Source: Kiloniellaceae bacterium (GTDB lineage: Bacteria; Pseudomonadota; Alphaproteobacteria; Kiloniellales; J153). From it: DNA of 64,000 bases. Where the stretch lies: positions 3,188 to 67,187 of the forward strand of contig JAJFGO010000092.1 in NCBI GenBank assembly GCA_021776095.1, read 5' to 3'. Positions 35,036 to 44,348 of this stretch are shown piece by piece (the stretch's first letter is position 1; the number at the start of each line of letters is the position of its first letter). A program made the position numbers and the translations under genes. The notes under the pieces were generated by a model. That model did no database searches and was not told where the DNA came from. It saw nothing but the letters and a program-made list of their open reading frames with translations.

Positions 35036-35916
35036 CAGATTCGCTCCGTCTCGGGCGCGACCAGCTTCGGCCGCCGCAGAATGATAATCCCGACCCCGAG
35101 GATCGTCAGCAAGCCGCCCACAATGAAAGGCAGCGACAGGGTTTCGCCTAGGAAAAGGATCCCGGACAAGACACCGAATATTGGGACCAGCAGGATGAAA
35201 GGCATCACCTGATTCATGTCGTAACGGCGAAGCAGCCGGAACCAAAGAGCATAGCCAACGGCCACCACCATAATCGCCTGATAGGCGATCGAGGCATAGG
35301 CCCTCCAGTCGGCCTCGGCCAGTGCCGTGAACTGGCCGTCCTCAAGCAGCCATGATCCGAGCGCAAGTTGCGGCGTGGCGAAAACACCGATCCAGCCATT
35401 TAGCGCCATGCCGTTTATCTCGCCCAACAGCTTGATCTGAATATTGGCAACCGACCAGATGCAAGCCGCGGCGATGACCATGGCCAAGGCGACATAGTGC
35501 CCAGCCAACCTGGGTTCGCCGGCGATTATCGCGACCCCAACAAAGGCGACCGCCATACCCAAGGCACGCCGCCAGCCTAAGGTATCGTTGAAGAAAACGA
35601 TCGCAAGCAAGGCGGCGAAGGGGACCTGCAACTGAATTGCGATCGCGGCCGTTCCGGCATCGAGGTCGCGCAAGGCCCAGAACATGAGCGAGAAATGCAA
35701 GAAGCCCAAGGTGAAGGAGATCAGCAGAACCGGCCACCAGCGGTCTCTGGGCAGCGGCGCGAAGGGGGCCAGCAAGAGGCCCACAAGACCCCAGCGCAGG
35801 GCCATCATCATGAGCGGGGGAAGTTGCGTTAAACCGATCTTGGCGGCGGCGAAATTCATACCCCAGATGAAGGTGACGAATACTAGGGCACAAATATGAA
35901 GCGGCTTGATCGGCAC
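35035..35916 (-). CDS. EamA/DMT-superfamily transporter
   Basis: About 10 predicted TM helices in two EamA-like halves. Substrate cannot be told from sequence. Confidence 0.8.
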   Translation of the reverse strand: MPIKPLHICALVFVTFIWGMNFAAAKIGLTQLPPLMMMALRWGLVGLLLAPFAPLPRDRWWPVLLISFTLGFLHFSLMFWALRDLDAGTAAIAIQLQVPFAALLAIVFFNDTLGWRRALGMAVAFVGVAIIAGEPRLAGHYVALAMVIAAACIWSVANIQIKLLGEINGMALNGWIGVFATPQLALGSWLLEDGQFTALAEADWRAYASIAYQAIMVVAVGYALWFRLLRRYDMNQVMPFILLVPIFGVLSGILFLGETLSLPFIVGGLLTILGVGIIILRRPKLVAPETERI

Positions 35917-35921
35917 CCGGT

Positions 35922-36653
35922 TCAGGTTCCGCGCCGGGGCCCGACCCGTTCGTAAGCGGCGTTGATGGTGGCCAGACGCCCGTTCGCCAAGTCGACGAAT
36001 TCCTGCGGCATGCCCTGGGCGACCAGGCGGTCCGGGTGGTTTTCACGTACCAGCTTGCGGTAGGCGGCCTTGATCTCGTCCGGGCTGGCATCGCGTGCCA
36101 CGCCCAAAATGTTATAAGGATCGGCCTTGTCCGGCCCCAGATTGGCGGCCCGCACCCGGTCCCAATCCGCCGCGTCCAGCCCGAAGATGTGCGCCACTTG
36201 CTCTAGGAACTCGAGCTCGTCCGGCGTAACCGTGCCGTCGGCGCGGGCAATATGAAACAGGCCGTCCAGCAACTCCGCCAAGACCGCCGGGTTATCCCTG
36301 AACATGCGCCCGATCTGCCGGGCATAGGGCTCGAACCCGTCGGCGTCGCTGCGCGCCCGATTGAACAGGCGCCCGACGTTCTTCATCTCGTGGGGCGGAA
36401 CCCGGAAGATTTCCTTAAAGGCGCTGATCTCGTCGCGGGTGACTTGACCGTCCGCCTTGGCCATCTTGGCGCCGAGCACGACCACGGCGATGGTGAAGGC
36501 GATCTTCTTGGTGGCGTCGTCGGCGACGCCGTCCTGCGCCGGCTCGCGCATCTTATCGACCGCATGGCCGGCGGCGGCGCCGATCAACGCGCCGAGCGGC
36601 CCGCCCAAGGCGAACCCGGCCGCTCCTCCAAGGATTTTACCCCAGACAGTCAT
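35922..36653 (-). CDS. djlA: DjlA-like co-chaperone (N-terminal TM, TerB-like domain, C-terminal J domain)
   Basis: Gly-rich TM at the N-terminus, a TerB-like middle, and a J domain with DPYNILGV...HPD at the C-terminus. Confidence 0.8.
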   Translation of the reverse strand: MTVWGKILGGAAGFALGGPLGALIGAAAGHAVDKMREPAQDGVADDATKKIAFTIAVVVLGAKMAKADGQVTRDEISAFKEIFRVPPHEMKNVGRLFNRARSDADGFEPYARQIGRMFRDNPAVLAELLDGLFHIARADGTVTPDELEFLEQVAHIFGLDAADWDRVRAANLGPDKADPYNILGVARDASPDEIKAAYRKLVRENHPDRLVAQGMPQEFVDLANGRLATINAAYERVGPRRGT

Positions 36654-36757
36654 AGCTTCGGCACGATCAGATCCGGCCGCAACGGCGGCTCAAGCGGCGA
36701 CGACGACGATTGCGGAATTTATTTCACGCGGCACGGAACTCGGCAAGGGTGCGCCGA

Positions 36758-37519
36758 CTAGGAGGGGTTCGCGCCGACCCGGCCAATGCCGGGCAACTTT
36801 ATGGCCAAGCCCAAGGGGTCGATGCCGAAGCTCAGGCCCAAGACGTTCACTTCCAAGCCCTCCTCCACGCCGACCATAATGCCGAGCAGCCCCAGGAGGG
36901 ATATCTGGAAGCCGGTGCCGCTCGGGCTCGCCGCGGCAATGCTGGTGGCGCCCAGGTAGTCCTTGCCGATGGCGGTCGGCGGCAACTCCAGGCCCAACTC
37001 GGGCACGGCGCGTGCCACGCTGGCCGTAAAGGTATTGGAATTGGGCCCCGGCCAGGTCCGGTAAATATCGTGGAAGGGATAGGCCGCCACCGCGGCCTCG
37101 ATCCGGTCGATCAGGGCCTCGACCTCAGGCCCGCGCCGATCCACGTAAACCTCCGGCATGGCGCCGAACCACTTGCGATCGGGCGGCCCCTGGCGCACGG
37201 ACATGGGGGACCCGCCGTGCCAGTAGCGCCAGCCGATAACCTCGTAGGTCGTGAAGGCCGGCGCGCCGGCGCGCTTCACCGCGATCCAGGTGTGCACCGC
37301 GAAGGCGCCGCGCCACCCGAAGGCGCGGGCGCCGTAAACCTGAACGATGGGCTCGGCCACGACCGCCGGGTCGGGCGCGCTGCCCATACTGCTCCGGTCC
37401 GCGGTTCGCCAGTCGGCGTTCATGCGGGCCAGGCCGCCGGCCACGGCCACGACCGGGCCGGCCAAGAGAACCATGGCCAGCAGGACCATACGCCGGAGCA
37501 AGGTGAAAAAGGCTTTCAT
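36758..37519 (-). CDS. DUF3750-like protein with N-terminal membrane anchor or signal
   Basis: Hydrophobic N-terminus. The core AFGWRGAFAVHTWIAVK...YEVIGW matches my recollection of DUF3750. Function unknown. Confidence 0.6.
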   Translation of the reverse strand: MKAFFTLLRRMVLLAMVLLAGPVVAVAGGLARMNADWRTADRSSMGSAPDPAVVAEPIVQVYGARAFGWRGAFAVHTWIAVKRAGAPAFTTYEVIGWRYWHGGSPMSVRQGPPDRKWFGAMPEVYVDRRGPEVEALIDRIEAAVAAYPFHDIYRTWPGPNSNTFTASVARAVPELGLELPPTAIGKDYLGATSIAAASPSGTGFQISLLGLLGIMVGVEEGLEVNVLGLSFGIDPLGLAIKLPGIGRVGANPS

Positions 37520-37583
37520 CGCCGTAGTCTAGCACGCGGCGGTGGCGGAAAGGACCCGGTGTGCACCTCAAGAAACCGTGATG

Positions 37584-37626
37584 TTGACATTTTATCGATA
37601 ATTTATTAACGTAACGCGATTATCGA
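37584..37626 (+). promoter_or_regulatory. AT-rich palindrome / inverted repeat with -35-like TTGACA upstream of the oxoprolinase operon
   Basis: TTGACA lies at 37584-37589. The perfect palindrome TTATCGATAA lies at 37592-37601. TCGATAAT (37595-37602) is inverted with ATTATCGA (37619-37626). All sit 22-64 nt upstream of ATG 37648. No convincing -10 hexamer. Confidence 0.25.
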
Positions 37627-37647
37627 AATAACCAGCGGGTATGGATC

Positions 37648-40600
37648 ATGGCGGATTGGCAGTTCTGGATCGACCGAGGCGGCACCTTTACCGATATCGT
37701 GGCCCGCCGGCCCGATGGCGGTCTGATGTCGCACAAGCTGCTGTCGGAAAATCCGGAGCAATACCGCGATGCCGCCATTCATGGCATACGCAGCCTGCTC
37801 GGCCTTAGCGCCGGGGACGCGGTTCCCGCCGAGACCATCCGCGCGGTCAAGATGGGCACCACGGTCGCGACCAACGCCCTTTTGGAACGCAAGGGCGAGC
37901 CGACCCTGTTGGCCATCACCAAGGGATTTCGCGACGCCCTGCGCATCGCCTATCAGAACCGGCCGCATATTTTCGCCCGGCGCATCGAATTGCCGGAGCT
38001 GCTGTACGGTGCCGCCATTGAAATCGACGAGCGCATGAGCGCCGAGGGCAAAACCCTGCGTGCGCTCGACCTGGAGGCTACGCGCGCCGATTTGCAGGCC
38101 GCTTTCGACGACGGTCTGCGCTCGCTCGCGATCGTTCTTCTGCATGGCTATCGTTATCACGATCATGAGCGCCAGGTCGCCGAGTTGGCGCGCCAAATCG
38201 GTTTCATCCAAATCTCGGTCAGCCATGAGGTCTCTCCGCTGATGAAGCTGGTCTCGCGCGGCGATACCACGGTGGTCGATGCCTATCTTTCACCGATCCT
38301 GCGCCGCTATGTGGATCAGGTTGCCGCCCACCTGGGCGACGCGCGACTGATGTTCATGCAGTCGAACGGCGGCTTGACCGACGCACGGCTGTTCCAGGGC
38401 AAGGATTCGATTCTGTCCGGCCCGGCCGGCGGCATCGTCGGTGCGGTGCGCACCGCCGCCATGGGCGGCTTCGGCAAGATCATCACCTTCGACATGGGCG
38501 GCACCTCGACCGACGTGGCGCATTACAACGGGGACTACGAGCGCGCCTTCGAGACCCTGGTCGCCGGGGTGCGCATGCGCGCGCCCATGATGCAGATTCA
38601 CACGGTGGCGGCGGGCGGCGGGTCGATCCTGCACTTCGACGGCGCGCGCTATCGGGTCGGCCCCGATTCGGCCGGCGCCAACCCGGGTCCGGCCTGTTAC
38701 CGGCGCGGCGGGCCCCTGGCGGTAACCGATTGCAACGTCATGCTCGGGCGCATCGTGCCGGCCTATTTCCCCAAGGTCTTCGGCCCCGGCGCGGATCAGG
38801 CGCTCGACGGCGAGGTCGTGCGGGAAAAATTCGAGGCCCTGACCCGGGAAATTCATCGGGCGACCGGCGATACCCGGACCCCGGAAGAAGTCGCCCAGGG
38901 CTTTCGCATGATCGCGGTCGAGAACATGGCCAACGCCATCAAAAAGATCTCGACCCAGCGCGGTTACGACGTGACCGAATATACCCTGTGCTGCTTCGGC
39001 GGCGCGGGCGGACAGCATGCCTGCGACATCGCCGATACTTTGGGCATGACCAAGATCTTCCTGCATCCCCTGGCCGGAGTGCTCTCGGCCTACGGCATGG
39101 GCCTGGCCAACGTGAGCGCCTTGCGCGAGCGCGCGGTGGAACAAGTTCTCGACGACAGCCTGATGGCCGAGTTGGCGCAGGGCCTCGACGACCTCGCCAA
39201 GGACGCGCGCGGCGAGATCGAAGCCCAAGACATCGCGGCCGCGCATATCAAGGAATTCAAGCGGGTCCACCTGCGCTATCAGGGCACCGATTCCGCGGTG
39301 ATCGTCGATCACGGCACCCGCGCGGAGATCGTCGCCCGCTTCGAGGACGCACATCGCCAGCGCTACGGCTTCGTCATGTCCGACAAGCCCTTCATCGTCG
39401 AGGCCTTGTCGGTCGAGGTGGTGGGCGAAACCGAATCCGTCGAGGACCCGGTCCTGGAGGCGCGCCAAGGCAAGGCCAAGCCGGCGCCGAGCGCGACCGC
39501 GCGCATGTACGCCGCCGGCGCCTGGGCCGATACCCCGGTCTTCGCGCGCGAGGACCTAGCGCCCGGCGATATCATTGAGGGCCCAGCGGTCATCATCGAG
39601 CCGACCTCGACCACGGTGCTGGAGCCCGGCTGGCGGGCGGTCTTGACCGGGCGCGACCATCTGGTTCTGGACCGCGTGGTACCGCTGGAACGCGCGGTCG
39701 CGGTCGGCACCCAGGTCGACCCGGTGATGCTGGAGGTCTTCAACAACCTTTTCATGTCGATCGCCGAGCAAATGGGCTCGACCCTGGAAAACACCGCCTA
39801 TTCGGTCAACATCAAGGAGCGTCTGGATTTCTCCTGCGCGCTGTTCAACCCACAGGGCGATCTGGTGGCGAACGCGCCGCACATGCCGGTGCATCTTGGG
39901 TCCATGAGCGACAGCGTGCGGGCGATCATCCGTGCGCGCGCCGGCACCATGGCGCCGGGCGACGTCTTTATGTTGAACGCGCCCTATAACGGCGGCACGC
40001 ATCTGCCCGACATCACCGTCATCACCCCGGTCTTCGACCAGGCGGGCGAGAGCGTTCTGTTCTTCGTCGGCAGCCGTGGCCATCACGCCGATGTCGGCGG
40101 CGTCACGCCGGGCTCCATGCCGCCGGGCAGCCGCACGGTCGACGAGGAAGGGGTGTTGATCGACAACGTCACCCTGGTCGAGCGCGGGCGGTTCCTCGAG
40201 GCAGAAATTCGTGCGCTCATGGGTTCCGGCCCGCATCCTTCACGCAACGTCGATCAGAACGTCGCCGACTTGAAGGCGCAAATCGCCGCCAACGAAATGG
40301 GCGTGCAGGAGTTGCGCCGCATGATCGACCATTTCAGCCTGGATGTGGTGCACGCCTATATGGGCCACGTCCAGGACAACGCGGAGGAACAGGTGCGTCG
40401 CGTGCTCGGGCGCCTGGAAGACGGCGAATTTACCTATGCCATGGATCAGGGTTGCGAGATCACGGTCTCGGTTAAGATCGACCGGGCGGCCCGCCAGGCC
40501 CGGATCGACTTCACCGGCACCAGCGCCCAACAGCCGAACAACTTCAACGCGCCCTCGGCAGTGTGCCGAGCCGCGGTGCTGTACGTGTTCCGAACCCTTA

Positions 40601-41268
40601 TCGACGAAGAAATCCCCATGAACGAGGGCGTCCTAAAGCCGCTCGATCTGGTCATCCCCGAAGGCTGCATGCTCAACCCCGCCTATCCGGCCGCGGTGGT
40701 CGCGGGTAACGTGGAGACCAGCCAGATCATCGTCGATACGCTGTACGGCGCGCTCGGCGTCATGGCCGGGGCCCAGGGCACCATGAACAACTTCACCTTC
40801 GGCAACGAAACCCATCAGTATTATGAGACGATCTGCGGCGGCGCCGGTGCCGGACCGGACTTCGACGGGACCGACGCGGTCCACACCCATATGACGAACT
40901 CGCGCTTGACCGACCCGGAGGTCTTGGAATGGCGCTTCCCGGTCCTGCTCGACTCCTTCGAGATCAGGAAGGGCTCGGGCGGCGCCGGGCGGTACCGGGG
41001 CGGCGACGGCGTGCGCCGGCGCGTGCGCTTTCGCGAGACCATGACCGCCGCGATACTCTCCAGCCACCGCAAGGTCGCACCATTCGGACTCGACGGCGGA
41101 GAACCCGGCGCCTTGGGCCGCAACTGGGTCGAGCGCGCGGACGGCGGCCGAAGCGAGCTTTCCGGCACCGATTGGACCGAGATGAACCCGGGCGACGTCT
41201 TCGTCATCGAAACCCCGGGCGGCGGCGGTTACGGCAAGGCGGGAACACGCAAGGAGGCGGCGGAATGA
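37648..41268 (+). CDS. 5-oxoprolinase / hydantoinase A+B fusion protein (ATP-hydrolysing)
   Basis: 1206 aa. The N-terminal hydantoinase A/oxoprolinase domain has [13 protein letters not shown] and [10 protein letters not shown], and the C-terminal part is a hydantoinase B domain. The architecture matches eukaryote-type OPLAH. Confidence 0.88.
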   Translation: MADWQFWIDRGGTFTDIVARRPDGGLMSHKLLSENPEQYRDAAIHGIRSLLGLSAGDAVPAETIRAVKMGTTVATNALLERKGEPTLLAITKGFRDALRIAYQNRPHIFARRIELPELLYGAAIEIDERMSAEGKTLRALDLEATRADLQAAFDDGLRSLAIVLLHGYRYHDHERQVAELARQIGFIQISVSHEVSPLMKLVSRGDTTVVDAYLSPILRRYVDQVAAHLGDARLMFMQSNGGLTDARLFQGKDSILSGPAGGIVGAVRTAAMGGFGKIITFDMGGTSTDVAHYNGDYERAFETLVAGVRMRAPMMQIHTVAAGGGSILHFDGARYRVGPDSAGANPGPACYRRGGPLAVTDCNVMLGRIVPAYFPKVFGPGADQALDGEVVREKFEALTREIHRATGDTRTPEEVAQGFRMIAVENMANAIKKISTQRGYDVTEYTLCCFGGAGGQHACDIADTLGMTKIFLHPLAGVLSAYGMGLANVSALRERAVEQVLDDSLMAELAQGLDDLAKDARGEIEAQDIAAAHIKEFKRVHLRYQGTDSAVIVDHGTRAEIVARFEDAHRQRYGFVMSDKPFIVEALSVEVVGETESVEDPVLEARQGKAKPAPSATARMYAAGAWADTPVFAREDLAPGDIIEGPAVIIEPTSTTVLEPGWRAVLTGRDHLVLDRVVPLERAVAVGTQVDPVMLEVFNNLFMSIAEQMGSTLENTAYSVNIKERLDFSCALFNPQGDLVANAPHMPVHLGSMSDSVRAIIRARAGTMAPGDVFMLNAPYNGGTHLPDITVITPVFDQAGESVLFFVGSRGHHADVGGVTPGSMPPGSRTVDEEGVLIDNVTLVERGRFLEAEIRALMGSGPHPSRNVDQNVADLKAQIAANEMGVQELRRMIDHFSLDVVHAYMGHVQDNAEEQVRRVLGRLEDGEFTYAMDQGCEITVSVKIDRAARQARIDFTGTSAQQPNNFNAPSAVCRAAVLYVFRTLIDEEIPMNEGVLKPLDLVIPEGCMLNPAYPAAVVAGNVETSQIIVDTLYGALGVMAGAQGTMNNFTFGNETHQYYETICGGAGAGPDFDGTDAVHTHMTNSRLTDPEVLEWRFPVLLDSFEIRKGSGGAGRYRGGDGVRRRVRFRETMTAAILSSHRKVAPFGLDGGEPGALGRNWVERADGGRSELSGTDWTEMNPGDVFVIETPGGGGYGKAGTRKEAAE

Positions 41269-41801
41269 CCGCCAAGCGCGGCGGCCGCCGGGCGATCGTA
41301 TCGTCCGCGCACCTGGTCTCGGAAAAGGCCGGCGCGCTCAGCGAGTTCGAATACGGCCTGATCGTCGCCGCCAATGCCTTCAACCGCTGGATCGTCCGCG
41401 GCATGGCCGCCGCCGGCCTGCAGGACCTGGGCGCGCTCGACGTTCTAGTTTTGCACTCGGTCAATCACCGGACGCGGGAAAAGAAGCTCGCCGACCTCTG
41501 CTTCGTACTCAACGTCGAGGACACCCACACGGTGACCTACGCGCTCAAGAAACTGACCCGCCTCGGCTTGATCGCGCGGGCGCGACGGGGCAAGGAGATC
41601 TTCTACCGGACCACGGAGGCGGGACAGGAGGCCTGCGCCCGCTACCGCGCCGTGCGGGAAGATTGCCTGGTCGCCGCCTTCGGGGCCTTCGCCGGCGGCG
41701 GAGCGGCCACCATGGACGAGGAGGTCGGCGAAGCCGCCGAATTGCTGCGCGCCCTCTCCGGCCTTTACGATCAGGCGGCACGGTCGGCGGCGTCGCTTTG
41801 A
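41265..41801 (+). CDS. MarR-like winged-helix transcriptional regulator
   Basis: ATG 41265 overlaps the oxoprolinase stop as ATGA. The wHTH region is [39 protein letters not shown]. It occupies the 3' part of track ORF 40929..41801. Confidence 0.65.
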   Translation: MTAKRGGRRAIVSSAHLVSEKAGALSEFEYGLIVAANAFNRWIVRGMAAAGLQDLGALDVLVLHSVNHRTREKKLADLCFVLNVEDTHTVTYALKKLTRLGLIARARRGKEIFYRTTEAGQEACARYRAVREDCLVAAFGAFAGGGAATMDEEVGEAAELLRALSGLYDQAARSAASL

Positions 41802-41912
41802 CCCTTGGAATCGTAGGGTAGATCGACTCCCCGGCGCGGGTGACGCATTGTCGGGCGGGCCGCGGGTCTACATATGTAAACCTCGCGAAACTTGAACGGG
41901 AGGATGAAGGCG

Positions 41913-42365
41913 ATGACGGACGGCAAAAAGGCACGCGCTCTGGGCTTCAACCATGTGGCGCTGGAGGTCGGCGATATCGGCGAGGCGCTGGATTTCTACG
42001 GCCGCCTGTTCGACTTCGAGCTGCAGAGCCAAAGTGAGACCGCGGCCTTTATCTATCTGGGCGATCAGTTCATCAATTTTTCCAAGGGCCGCAAACAAGC
42101 GCCCGACGATGCCCGTCACTTCGGCGTGGTGGTCGACGACAAGGAACAGGTGCGCCGCACCTTAGCGGACATGGGGGTCGAGGTCTTGCCCGGCCACTTC
42201 CTCGATTTCCTCGACCCCTGGGGCAACCGGGTCGAGATCGTGGCCTATGAGAACATCCAGTTCACCAAGGCACCCAATGTGCTGCGCGGCATGGGGCTCG
42301 AGAGCCTGCAAAAAACCCAAAAAGCCCTCGAAGAGCTCGCCGGGCGCGGCATGGCGCCGGAATAG
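41913..42365 (+). CDS. VOC (glyoxalase/bleomycin-resistance/dioxygenase) family protein
   Basis: GFNHVALEVGD... and HFGVVVDD...DPWGNRVEI fit the beta-alpha-beta-beta-beta modules of VOC proteins. ATG 41913 is chosen for its spacing to the SD gggagg (41897-41902). The last ~18 codons lie inside repeat copy A. Confidence 0.75.
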   Translation: MTDGKKARALGFNHVALEVGDIGEALDFYGRLFDFELQSQSETAAFIYLGDQFINFSKGRKQAPDDARHFGVVVDDKEQVRRTLADMGVEVLPGHFLDFLDPWGNRVEIVAYENIQFTKAPNVLRGMGLESLQKTQKALEELAGRGMAPE

Positions 42366-42513
42366 GGCCAGCGCGCTAATGAATTGGGGCGCCGCGGAAC
42401 GGCCTCGTACTTCAACAAGCTCTGCATGAGGACCTCTTCGCGGTAGCAACACCGGAGCTGCGTGTTTCCATCGGCTCAGCACAAGACCTCATCCTGAGCC
42501 TGTCGAAGGATGG
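42311..42513. repeat. repeat copy A (long form) of the dispersed hairpin element
   Basis: It aligns along its length with 43940-44156. Inverted arms at 42401-42434 and 42485-42513 (..CTTCAACAAGCTCTGCATGAGG / CCTCATCCTGAGCCTGTCGAAGG..) are degenerate relative to copies B and C. Confidence 0.8.
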
Positions 42514-42634
42514 GGCTGCCCAGAAAGCTGAGGTAATTGCGCCATAGCAGGGAAGCGGCCATTTCGACCGTTATCCACGATGTCGTGTCGCCCTAGTCGG
42601 CATAAAATAGGTGACACATCGCGCCGAGCCGTGT

Positions 42635-42727
42635 ATGCGAGATGATATGATCCAGCCGTTCGCCGCTTTCTGGTATTTTTTTAGCTATCCGGGCCCACAG
42701 GCGGACGGAGGGAATCGTATGCTCTAA
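42635..42727 (+). CDS. candidate aromatic-rich leader peptide (30 aa; 26 aa if started at ATG 42647)
   Basis: MRDDMIQPFAAFWYFFSYPGPQADGGNRML. Codons 42659-42688 give F-A-A-F-W-Y-F-F-S-Y. TAA at 42725. It lies between a repeat and a terminator, just upstream of DAHP synthase. The SD is weak. Confidence 0.6.
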   Translation: MRDDMIQPFAAFWYFFSYPGPQADGGNRML

Positions 42728-42754
42728 ACTCAGCAGACAAACGAAACCGAACCA

Positions 42755-42782
42755 ACCGCCAGCTCTCTGGCGGTTTTTTGTT
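42755..42782 (+). terminator. intrinsic terminator / attenuator upstream of DAHP synthase
   Basis: ACCGCCAG (42755-62), loop CUCU, CUGGCGGU (42767-74), then UUUUUGUU. It sits 27 nt after the leader stop and 32 nt before the aroG ATG. Confidence 0.75.
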
Positions 42783-42813
42783 GCCGCCGGGAGCCAGACA
42801 CAGGAGCCCGACA

Positions 42814-43875
42814 ATGCAAACCCAGACCGATGACCTGAGAATCCGGGAAATAAGGGAGCTGGTCTCGCCCGAGATCCTTCTGAATGAGCTCCCGCTGACC
42901 CCGGCTGCCGCCGAAACGGTGCGCGCCGCTCGTGCCGCTATCCACCAAATCCTGAACGGACAGGACGATCGCCTGCTTGTGGTGATCGGCCCCTGCTCGA
43001 TCCACGACCCGGAGGCGGCGCTGGACTATGCCCGGCGTCTCGCGGCAATCCGCCGCGATCTAGCGGACACCTTGGAAGTGGTGATGCGGATTTACTTCGC
43101 GAAACCACGAACCACCATAGGCTGGAAGGGCTTGATCAACGATCCGCATCTCGACGGCTCCTACGACATCAATACCGGCCTGGGGACGGCGCGCGAACTG
43201 CTGGCGCAAGTCAACGAACGCGGGGTTCCGGCGGGGTGCGAATTCCTCGACACGACCGTGCCGCAATACATTGCCGACCTGGTCGGATGGGCCGCCATCG
43301 GGGCGCGCACAACAGAAAGTCAGGTTCACCGGGAATTGGCATCCGGTGTTTCCTGTCCCATCGGGTTCAAGAACAGCACATCGGGCGATGTAAAAATCGC
43401 CATCGACGCCGTGCAATCGGCCGCCCATCCGCATCATTTCATGGCCGTGACAAAGAACGGACGCTCGGCCATTGCCGCGACCACCGGCAATGCCGACTGT
43501 CACATCATCCTGCGCGGCGGCGTAACGCCAAATTACGATTCAGCGTCCGTGGACACGGCCTGCAGGGCAGCCGAAGCTTCGGGCCTGCGCGGGATGGTTA
43601 TGATCGATACCAGTCATGCCAACAGCAGGAAAAAGCCCGAGAACCAGCCCCTGGTGGCCGAGGACATCGCCGCGCAAATCGCGGGCGGCGAAGATCGCAT
43701 CATGGGGCTGTTGATCGAAAGCAATCTGGTCGGCGGGCGTCAGGATCTGGACGCGAGGCCGCTAACCTACGGTCAATCGGTGACAGACGGCTGCATCGAC
43801 TGGGGCACCTCGGTTGAGATCCTGCACCGACTTGCCGATGCCGTTACAACACGCCGCCGACTGCGCTCTAGCTGA
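42814..43875 (+). CDS. aroG: 3-deoxy-7-phosphoheptulonate (DAHP) synthase, class I (AroG/AroF/AroH type)
   Basis: Collinear with E. coli AroG/AroH from MQTQTDDLRIREI: DDRLLVVIGPCSIHDP, KPRTTIGWKGLINDP, IGARTTESQVHRELASG, CPIGFKN, HIILRGG, LTYGQSVTDGCI. An SD (caggag) lies 7 nt upstream. Feedback specificity cannot be determined from sequence. Confidence 0.93.
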   Translation: MQTQTDDLRIREIRELVSPEILLNELPLTPAAAETVRAARAAIHQILNGQDDRLLVVIGPCSIHDPEAALDYARRLAAIRRDLADTLEVVMRIYFAKPRTTIGWKGLINDPHLDGSYDINTGLGTARELLAQVNERGVPAGCEFLDTTVPQYIADLVGWAAIGARTTESQVHRELASGVSCPIGFKNSTSGDVKIAIDAVQSAAHPHHFMAVTKNGRSAIAATTGNADCHIILRGGVTPNYDSASVDTACRAAEASGLRGMVMIDTSHANSRKKPENQPLVAEDIAAQIAGGEDRIMGLLIESNLVGGRQDLDARPLTYGQSVTDGCIDWGTSVEILHRLADAVTTRRRLRSS

Positions 43876-43885
43876 TATCATGTTT

Positions 43886-43911
43886 CCGGAGGCCATTTTT
43901 CTGGCCTCCGG
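43886..43911 (+). terminator. perfect 10-bp GC hairpin right after aroG (no U-tract)
   Basis: CCGGAGGCCA-uuuuuc-UGGCCUCCGG, 10 nt after the aroG stop. No downstream T-run, so it may act as a terminator or as an RNA stabiliser. Confidence 0.4.
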
Positions 43912-43939
43912 CACGAGAGATGGAATACCTAACCAACGG

Positions 43940-44156
43940 GAAAAACCGCAAAGAGCCCTCGACAACCTCGCCGGGCGCGGCATGGCGGTGGCGGGAGGCG
44001 CCAGCAATTGGGACCTCGCCGAACGGCCCTCGTGCTTCGACAAGCTCAGCATGAGGACCTCTTCGCGTTAATGGTGCCAGGGCCGCATGTTTCGATGGGC
44101 TCAATATATGAACCTCATCCTGAATATGAACCTCATCCTGAGCTTGTCGAAGGATG
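43940..44156. repeat. repeat copy B (long form) of the dispersed hairpin element
   Basis: Direct repeat of 42311-42513. Inverted arms lie at 44025-44059 and 44128-44156 (GCTTCGACAAGCTCAGCATGAGG / CCTCATCCTGAGCTTGTCGAAGG). It contains a perfect 18-nt tandem duplication at 44106-44141. Confidence 0.8.
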
Positions 44157-44348
44157 GCGTCCGGCACCAAGCCGAGACACTTGCGTCCTGTTCCGGAAAC
44201 TCTCTCTTTAACGGCACCACGTCGCTCGGGTATCTGCGTGACGCTTCGTGACTCCGCGCTTTCATCGTGAAATACCTTGGACTCCTCGTGGCAGCCCCAT
44301 CATGGGCGGCGAATGGCGATACTGCACGGCGGAGAACAGGAGACGACG

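Noticed and set aside
43814-44071. 85-aa ORF overlapping the aroG 3' end and repeat copy B
   Set aside because: Its only recognisable part (..RALDNLAGRGMA.., FDKLSMR) is encoded by the repeat element. It overlaps aroG out of frame.
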